From assembly GCF_006345805.1 (NCBI RefSeq), contig NW_021832869.1, positions 59,111-123,110 on the forward strand: a DNA stretch of 64,000 nucleotides, in the 5' to 3' direction. The notes beneath the pieces were generated by a model that did not search any database, was not told where the DNA came from, and was given only the letters and a program-made list of their open reading frames with translations. This DNA comes from Octopus sinensis (Eukaryota). Made by a program: the position numbers and the translations under genes. Shown piece after piece: positions 55,439 to 64,000 of this stretch (positions are counted from its first letter, which is position 1; the number at the start of each line of letters is the position of its first letter).

Positions 55439-56075
55439 ATGGCCACTATCGTAGAATTCATATCCCGAAAGTACAATATTGAAAATATAAATGAACTGAC
55501 AATAACGAAATTGGTGGAAATTCAACATGAATATCTAATGAGGCAGATTGAAACTAAGCCACTGCATTCTATTCTTCTCCAGTGTTTGAAGGACACTGAA
55601 GTTAATGAATCTGCAGGGTGGCTAGTTCATGGAAACAACTCTGCAAGAACTGAAGAATGTGTTGTCTACTACAGGATTGAAATTTTTTTGGATAACGGAG
55701 AAAATAATGGAATCACTGCAACTCTTGCTACCAAATGTGGACGAATGCTTAACAGCTCTTATCTAAGACGGCATAATGAAGTTGTCAAATGTCTACATTT
55801 GCATTTATGCCGCCAATACGGGATAAGAAAAACGAAGAAATTAAACTCACTCAGTTCAATCTGTTGTCGCCAAAGAAGCTGTGGAAATTCGAGTGGACAC
55901 AACTATTTCTACGGATACGCTGTTTCAAACAATAAACCAGATATTTTTGTCCATGACAAGATGAGGATACAATTACACTCATTGAAGTTGCGATTACCTC
56001 ACAAAATTGCCTAAAGCAAGTTGAAGTGGAAAAGTTCCACAAATATGACCTTTTGGCAAATGAATTAGGACCTCT
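55439..56075 (+). mobile_element. R4/NeSL-like REL-type retrotransposon fragment
   Basis: RRHNEVVKCLHLHLCRQYG, NNKPDIFVHDK, KFHKYDLLANELG. Confidence 0.8.
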
Positions 56076-56529
56076 ATGTACCGACTATGATAGTTGGGCA
56101 TGAGAGACGAAGATTGTTCTAATAAGAATATGTAATAATAGGTAGAACAAAAATAATTCACTTCATTCTTTTGTTTAATAAAAAGTTACAAGTGTCCCTA
56201 GACTAATTTGACCCACTGTAAATGATCCAGAAATAGTAATTGATTTTTTTTAAATTTTAAATATCGATATTTTAAAGTTGAACCAATTCGGTTAATTAGA
56301 TTCAAATTTGTTCCAATTAACAGTGAAATTTCTGATAACTAGTTGTTAAATAATTAAACCAATAATTATTTGCAACCAGGGCGACATTGGATTGGCATCA
56401 TCTTAGCGAAAGAAATGATTGCCAAAAATAAAATCAAGAGCAACTGGACACCTCTTGCCAAAAAGATACAAATCTCAGGCATTAGCATACATAATCGTAG
56501 ATTTTCGAAGAAAGATTCACTTTAATCTC

Positions 56530-56880
56530 AAAATGGATAATTCAATTCAAACAAAGTCACAGATTCGATCATGGAATAGCAAGCAAAGGAAAAGACTCAT
56601 AAACGAAGTGATCAAAACTGGAAATATTTCCGAATTCAAGCCGTTCCCTCGGATCACAGCAAACGACAGACGTTCCAGAGCCAAGAATACTCTCTTGGAT
56701 CGTGACTAGTCCTTGAAATCCGTCGGCCGAGCGAGCGAAGGAAGCGGAGTGTCTTGGGGCCGAAAATCCCGGAGGACTCCACGGCAATTGGTAGTAAAGA
56801 ACAGCGAGTTGGAAAGATGGCCGTCTTGAGAATCTTTCGGTCCTGGGACTTAATTATGTCAATAAAATAGTCTCATTGGA
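56530..56880 (+). other. Short unidentified coding-like region convergent with NOL6
   Basis: Open frame MDNSIQTKSQ...; no family recognised. Confidence 0.25.
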
Positions 56881-56899
56881 TAATGTTTTGACATATAAA

Positions 56900-59560
56900 G
56901 GCAATTTAATAGGCATTTCAGTTTTTATTGAAAATATTTTATTTTTGAATGTCTTTTCTCAATTTGAGGGTTTGATTGACCCAGTCGTCGATAGAGCGAA
57001 GTGAAATGTTGTAATCCTGCATTCGAGTGGTTTCTATGTGATTAACTGAATTATGGAAGAATGATAACTGATATAGACCAATAAACTTTTCGTTTCTTTA
57101 GTCAAATGAGAGTATCTGCAGTGACTTCCGAATTTGCATTGTCCGGCCTGGAACTTAAGGCAAGGTCGCTTGTTGGTGTCATTGGCTAGGACTCCGAATG
57201 GGTCTGTATTTGATTACCAAGTTACCTGTGTATAGTTCTAATATCCTGTCTTAATCTCTTATGAGTAACCCCGTTTACATGCCTCAGAATATCGAATCCG
57301 CGACAACAGCCAAGGCAAATCTGAACATGAACTGACAACCGTAGAACATCTCCCCTGTCCACATACTTGAGAGTGAGAGTTGGGAATGTTCTATAAATAA
57401 CTCAACCCACCGACTTTGCATGAATTCCCTGCTGGCTGTGTCCACAACAATCGTCACGAGGTCATAATATGCCACATTCCACTCCCTCTCGTCCCAGACA
57501 TCAACACCGCTCTGCCAATTAGTAGAAATGAGTTAGCACATGCAGGAGTGACTCGACCACCACTTCTGGGGGGACAAGAGACAAGGCAAGTCTAAGGAGA
57601 GTCCCTTTGTAGACTGACTGATGGCAAAGATTATTAGTAGCTCCTCTACTGCCTCGGAGTAGTCGAATCTCGACTTTTAATCAACTCGAGCCAATATAGA
57701 CTGGGCCACAATCCTCAATCTAACATTGACATATCCACGTGCTACTGGGGGAATGTATCATTCAGAGGAATTGGGCTAACATCCCCGCGGAAATGTATAT
57801 ATAACACCAGTCGAACACTGTACAAATCACCAGCAATCGAATCAACAGTCTACTGGGAGAATAACAAACTGACTCACACAGAAACGTGTCATTGCCCAGA
57901 TTATAGTCACAATACACCACAGCCTCACCCAGATACTCAATCCAGTCGTCAAGTTCCACCTTCGGTCCATTAATATAACTTACAGTGAACCAATGAATGT
58001 TGTTTACATTTATCCCGACAAATGGACCCCCCGATAAACTCGACCTGAATAAAATGACTCCACTCCCTACACAATTTGGTCAGTCTTGTAGTCCAGGGAC
58101 TGAATATCCATCAAAGCATCAAAATGTGTTCAAACACTGAAACACTCTCGCGTTGGATCTTGAAGAGTGTTGTTTAATAATCTACATTAACAGACTCTCA
58201 AACCCCAAAAGCCGCGACACAAAGTGATCCATCGACCCCCTCAGTGTCAATTCCAAGTAACAAAGGACTCGGTGATCAATAAATCGACTGATAGCCCAGA
58301 GAGTGTCTGTCCCCTCAAACTAAACTCTTAACCAAATAAAATCCCACAATCTGGTCAATCAATGTGGAGCAACTCCCTACATTAGACACAAGGGAACGCA
58401 CCAAATCTCCACCATTATGCTCGGAATGCTTTCATTAGCTGACTAGAAAACTCAAAAATCAAAAAACCATTGCATTTCCACCAAACTGTCCACATCAACT
58501 ATAAATCCGTGAACTTTGGCAGTCTCAGTCAACGCTACAAAGAAATCAACGCCCAGAAACAAGTCCAAGCTCTCCAAGACATATCCTCCGAATAAGAGGA
58601 CGAGTCGGAGGACTGTCTCCATGTCCTCACAACCAATATCACGGAGAATAATCACACTACAATCCAAAAAAACAAAACTCAACATCCTTAAGGACAAATC
58701 TCAGCCACTTTTGTGACTCAGTTCCGCCCTCAAATTCCTCCTCAGTCTTGACATGACCATACGTGAGGCAAGGGCCCCCTTCCGTCAGCATCCAGCCGCT
58801 TATCCAGAGGCACAGTGAATCCCCACAATAACCTCAACACCAACCCGATTATTCTTCCAATTTGATATACATGGCGGTATTTTCCAGTTTTGTAACTCCT
58901 CTGAGAAGGCTAGCACACTACAAGTCACTTCCCACCTTATGATCGGGCGAGTGCAACACAGGGAATGGAGGAGATGGGGGACCTCGCGGGATTTTCTTGT
59001 TGATCCTGAACTTGGAAGGAGCCATTGGATCCTTCTGTGCCTCATAACCCGAATTAGAGTTGTTTAGCCCCCGAATTGAAGGCCATTCCTTGCTGTGAGG
59101 GGGTATGTCTACAATATTATCACATTTCCCACCGGTAGGAGATCACAGGAGCATTCTGTTTGGCGGGGCAAATGCTATTGTGTCGGTTTTGAGTCGACAA
59201 AATGTTTTCAAATGCGGCCTGAGTCTCTCTGTGGATCTAATCAGTGAGAAACCCTCGATTATTACCTTAGCAGCTTCTTCATCGCTGGTTTTTGAAGGGA
59301 AGGATCACTTTGTCGAATATCCTCGACTTCATATCCTCCAATCGGGCAAAATGACCTAAGATAGAGAATTGAGGACAACCCTCTCTGCAGAGTGTCCGTG
59401 TCTCATTATTGCGTCAAATTTGATCTTCCCTTCGAATCCAGTGAGGGGCCATTGGATTTGACTTTGTCTTCTCCAAGCCATAATTTTCTGAGATATAGAG
59501 TAATGACATACAGTTTCGTGTTCTTGTGGGGTGGATCTTGAGTGATCGGGATGTTGACAT
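56900..59560 (-). pseudogene. NOL6: Nucleolar protein 6 (Nrap/Utp22)-like, heavily frameshifted
   Basis: AFAPP..GKCDNIVDIPLT, GPKVELRR..EAVV (after frame correction); 24-nt intron GTATGTCATTACTCTATATCTCAG near start. Confidence 0.55.
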
Positions 59561-59684
59561 TTGGAAGTAAATCTTATAATAAAATGGTATGGGTGTGTCT
59601 GTCTGTCTGTCTGTGTGTCTGTCTGTCTGTCTGTCTGTCTGTGCACACCCACATTCAAATTGTTACAAACCAGATCAATAAAAA

Positions 59685-60430
59685 AATTATTTTCTGCGTT
59701 TTTGTTAAAATGAACAACAAGAGAAAGTCTCGACTCACATGATGTGGTCCCCCAAAACCTTCAAGGTAAAAAATTTAAAAAATTATTTCTGCGTTTTTGT
59801 TTAAAATGAACAACAAGAAAGTCCTCGACTCACATGATGTGGTCCCCCAAAACTTCAAGCCAAAAAATAAAAAAAATATTTTCTGCGTTTTTGTTAAAAT
59901 GAACAACAAGAAAGTCCTCGACTCACATGATGTGGTCCCCCAAAACCTTCAAGCCAAAAAATTAAAAAAAATTATTTTCTGCGTTTTTGTTAAAATGAAC
60001 AACAAGAAAGTCCTCGACTCACATGATGTGGTCCCCCAAAACCTTCAAGCCAAAAATTAAAAAAAATTATTTTCTGCGTTTTTGTTAAAATGAACAACAA
60101 GAAAGTCCTCGACTCACATGATGTGGTCCCTCAAAACCTTCAAGCCAAAAAATTAAAAAAATTTTTTCTGCGTTTTTTTAAAATGAACAACAAGAAAGTC
60201 CTCGACTCACATGATGTGGTCCCTCAAAACCTTCAAGCCAAAAAATTAAAAAAAATTATTTTCTGCGTTTTTGTTAAATGAACAACAAGAAAGTCCTCGA
60301 CTCACATGATGTGGTCCCCCAAAACCTTCAAGCCCAAAAATTAAAAAAAAAAATATTTTCTGCGTTTTTGTTAAAATGAACGACAAGAAAGTCCTCGACT
60401 CACATGATGAGGTCCTCCACAACCTTCAAG
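59685..60430 (+). repeat. ~93-98-bp tandem array, 8 units, in Helitron 3
   Basis: GTCCTCGACTCACATGATG core at 59727, 59821, 59914, 60010, 60105, 60198, 60293, 60391. Confidence 0.95.
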
Positions 60431-60431
60431 C

Positions 60432-60462
60432 CTCGTGAGGCCATTAATTAGCTTAGCTATCT
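60432..60462 (+). mobile_element. 31-nt CRE family 3 3' remnant at end of Helitron 3 array
   Basis: CTCGTGAGGCCATTAATTAGCTTAGCTATCT identical to 33649-33679. Confidence 0.6.
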
Positions 60463-62724
60463 TTTTTCGATGATGACATAAATTCTTTTTTGTTAAATTT
60501 TCGTTAAAAAAATAAAATAAAAGCTCTAATTGTTATCGACCATGAATAGACTGTGCAATTATCAGATTTTGAAAACCACTAAAAAGGAAAAAGCAAAAAT
60601 TATTAGAGATTTACATAATTGATTCTTTTTAACTGCCGAAACTGACAAATTCGATTATGCTACTGTTTAGATTTCTTAAAAGATAGAGGCAAATAAAATT
60701 TAAATTAGTCATGTAAATTTCAATTTGCCTATATTTAAATCTCCTTGATTTAACAGGCTTTAATTTTTTTCCTTATAATACTACAAAGATGAAGCTGATT
60801 ATCATTTTCTTTACCGAAACAGACAAGTTCGATTATGCTAAAGTTTCAATTCCTTTAAACATAGAGGCAATTAAGTATAATGGCTTTGATTGGATAATAC
60901 ACTTTACATAAATTTCACTAAATAATTTACGTAGAAAATTTAATATAAATTACTGATTCGCGTTTACAAAATCATAAGAATGTCCTATAAAGAGAGATCT
61001 GAGAATGTTAACAAACAAGAGAATATGAACCATATAACAAAAAAAAGAGAAACGAGGGAAGATGTGCTTAAATGGTGAGGGAACTTAGACAACAGCTGAA
61101 CAAGGTCAGGACTGCTGTTAGACTCAACTACGGGTAATAGAATTATGCATTCTAGGTTAATTGTTTGGGATGAATGTACGATGGCTCATAAAGGCGCATT
61201 CAAGCAGTTGACCGAACATATAGAGATATCAAGAATTGTAGCGACCATTTGTGTTGGGGGAGCATTATTTGTATTGGCAGGTGATTTTAGACAGACGCTG
61301 CCAATTATTCAAAGAGGGACGCCTGCGGATGAATTGAATGCCTGCCTCAAATCGTCATATTTGTGGACACACGTGAAAAAGGTAAGCTAGATGTAAATGT
61401 ACATGCACATTTACAAGGCGTTAATAGCATATTCCCACAAATCCTTCTAGATATTGGAAATGGGGCAATCACTTCAGAAATGCACGACCAGAAAATTAGG
61501 CTACCGGAAGAATTATGTATTTTCGTAGAAAACAGAAGAATTATTGAATGCCGTCTATTCCGAACTATCTGAACACTACGTGAATTTCGACTGGCTGCGT
61601 GAACGAGCTATATTAGCTCCACTTAATGATGAGGTACTTAATATAAATTTAGATTTATTAATGAAAATCCCTGGCAGAGAAAGAATATATAATCGGTCGA
61701 CGTTATTATGGACCATGAAAGGGCCTGCGATAGATTAAGAGACTACAATTTCCGCTGAAGATAAGTTTTGCTATGACAATAAACAAGGCCCAGGGACAGT
61801 CTTTAAAGGTAGTAGGCTTATTTTTAGAGAACGAGTGCTTTTCACATGGCCAGCTGTATGTGGGGTGCTCAAGGGTAGGTAGAAGAGAAATTTATTTATA
61901 TTTGCCAAGGATGGACGGACTGCAAACATCGTTTATCCACAGGCCTTAGAATAAGGTTATATCAAAGCAGGTCGCATTTATATATCTACATAAATTTATA
62001 GTTATTTAAGGAAACTGCGAGCGTAGCGAGCAGGGCCTCGCAGGAGCTAGCTCGCAGGAGCGAAGCGAACTGCTGAGCTAGTAAGACTATATTATTTTAA
62101 TAAAATGCGGATATATTCATATATGATTAATTAAAAATTCTCGGTTCAAAATCAGTTAAAATCATGATTGTCATTTTATTAAAACAGAATAATAGTCGCA
62201 TAACACGGCCAGACACGACAAGAAAACAATAGCATATTCCTTATTGAGATTGGAATAAAATCTGCTTAAACTACAAATAGAATTAAAAACATCATAAATT
62301 ATGTCTGTTATCTAATAAGCCTGAGTGATATATCGTGTCGATGTAAAAAATAGAACCGATTGATTACTTTGGACGGCCTAGTCAAGCACGACACAGTTGT
62401 AAAAAAGGATCTCTTACTTTCCACGTGACACATTATCAATAAGAACCCACATTAAGCAAAACCATTCCAAAACACAAATGACAGTCTGTAATAAAGATTT
62501 TAGAGGTGGATCAGCATAAATAATTCCGGGTTTGTTCATTAATTAGTTAGTTTCGACTGTTGTTTGTGCCTGGTTTTTCATTATAATGTGCAATTGGAGG
62601 CTAATAAATAAATAAATAAAATATGCCGCCATAATGTAAATATCATTTTGTTTAAATAGTATAAAAAACTAGTTTTAATAATAATCAGCATATCAAAGTT
62701 TAGTTTCCATGTAAATAAAAATTG

Positions 62725-64000
62725 ATGGAAGCATTTATCGACATTTATTGCAGAATTCGACCATCCAAAATGACTCAAATGTTAGTCCACGACCAAATTT
62801 CTTGCAGTATCACGTCGATTCGTCAAACGGAGAAAAAGAAAAAATATCCCTCAATGTCTTCACAAAGACAAGGAAACAGTCAACAATAAAAAGAAATTTA
62901 TTCTTTCAAGTCTCATCTCCGCCAAAAAATGTAAATTTAAAAAATATTCAACCGATTTCCACACAACAAGAATTATTTAAACAAATTACTCAACCATCCT
63001 TTGCCAATGCATCCGAGGATATAACTGTACAGTTTTGCCTATGGACAGGTCCTGTTTGTATATTTATTGTAGACGGACGGAAGTGGTAAGACATTCACGA
63101 TCACTGGAGGATCGGAGAAATATGAAGACAGGGGAATCATTCCTCGTTGTCTCGCAGCTTTTTTAGCGAATTGGAAAAAGTATGAAGAACTGATCAATTG
63201 CGTAGAACCTGATTGTGATTTCAGTTTAAAAATATTTATATGGAGATTTATAACGAAATTGGCTACGACTTACTTCAGGTCGACGAGTCAGCCCGAAGGA
63301 CTGAAGTTGTGTTTTTAAAACTAAAAAAGTAAAATAACTCTACAGGAAGATACAAATGGACAATTCAATCTCAAAGGACTTTCTTACCAAGCAATGTCTG
63401 TGGAGGAGGATGCGATTGAGTCTAACTTTTCATTGGCGACACGAATCGGACCATTGCAGAGATTGGGACTCAATTATTCAACAGACCCATGAACGACGCC
63501 TCAACTCGTTCACACTGTATATTTACAATCCACATTTCTTCCAATCAACTCGGTCAGAATTCATTCGTTAAATCGAAGTTTCATTTGGTCGACCTTGCAG
63601 GGTACACCAATTCAATTGCTTACGATCAGATCAGAACGGGTCTCCAAGTCGAGGTTGAGTGGGGTTCTTTTGAAGGAGGCTAAATACATCAACAAATCAC
63701 TCCATCACCTCGAACATGTTTAAGTCATTTCTTGATTTTTAGGTTATTTTAGCCCTAAGTAACCGAATTCTAAACATATTCCATATCGAAACTCCATGCT
63801 GACTTCAGTTTTAAAGGACAGTCTGGGGGGCAATTGCAAGACTGTAATGATTGCAAATATTTCGTCGAACGAGAAAATATACATGTATAGAGGACTTGAC
63901 TATTCGCAGGAGTCCATTTCAACGTGTAAATCAAAGAGTGGCTTTGATTCAAAACATGCCCGTGGTCAACGAAATTGAAGGTTTGGAGACGGTTGAATAT
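62725..64000 (+). CDS. KIF6: Kinesin-9 family motor KIF6, runs off window; frameshifted
   Basis: AYGQ|[44 protein letters not shown]|[32 protein letters not shown]; introns 63049-63072 (24 nt), 63602-63629 (28 nt). Confidence 0.88.

Larger units (their letters stand above)
59572..62081 (+). mobile_element. Non-autonomous Helitron 3 (related family) with PIF1 helicase remnant (about 61130-61952)
   Basis: A|TCTTATAATAAAATGG start, (GTCT)n, IVWDECTMAH, LAGDFRQTLP, ERAILAPLN, hairpin + CTAG|T. Confidence 0.92.

Noticed and set aside
59685-60430. Tandem arrays as CRISPR-like loci or as repeat-protein genes (MNNKKVLDSHDVVPQ...)
   Set aside because: Units are wholly repeated with no unique spacers, the context is eukaryotic Helitron, and homopolymer length changes break the frame between units.

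Overview
AT-rich eukaryotic (animal) DNA, not prokaryotic. Host genes are closely packed, and their GT-AG introns are only about 22-29 nt. Near full-length genes: atypical PKC, VIRMA, DRC7, FHAD1, a GLUT-type transporter, NOL6 and the start of KIF6. Genes present only as truncated, intron-retaining fragments: MCM7, cysteinyl-tRNA synthetase, DDX41, NUP155. The ciliary genes plus tiny introns point to a ciliated animal such as a dicyemid (inference). Almost every host gene carries frameshifts and some nonsense codons, so this is either a noisy assembly or a decaying gene-graveyard region. About half the window is mobile DNA: three non-autonomous Helitrons with internal satellites, at least three CRE-clade retrotransposon families, two APE-type LINE families (one with a 2A/StopGo peptide), R4/NeSL-like fragments, a hAT, an IS630/Tc1 element, integrase remnants and a TIR element with a captured exon-like segment. 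Best leads: (1) two different CRE retrotransposons inserted from opposite strands at mirror positions of the same 11-bp quasi-palindrome inside Helitrons; (2) a 5.2-kb insert in FHAD1 flanked by a 13-bp direct repeat, whose ends form a GT...AG intron or a DNA-excision unit; (3) essential genes truncated and fused end to end; (4) CRE 3' tails that vary between copies and match their own target sites. Host-gene identifications come from recalled orthologue motifs, not database searches. Many boundaries are approximate.
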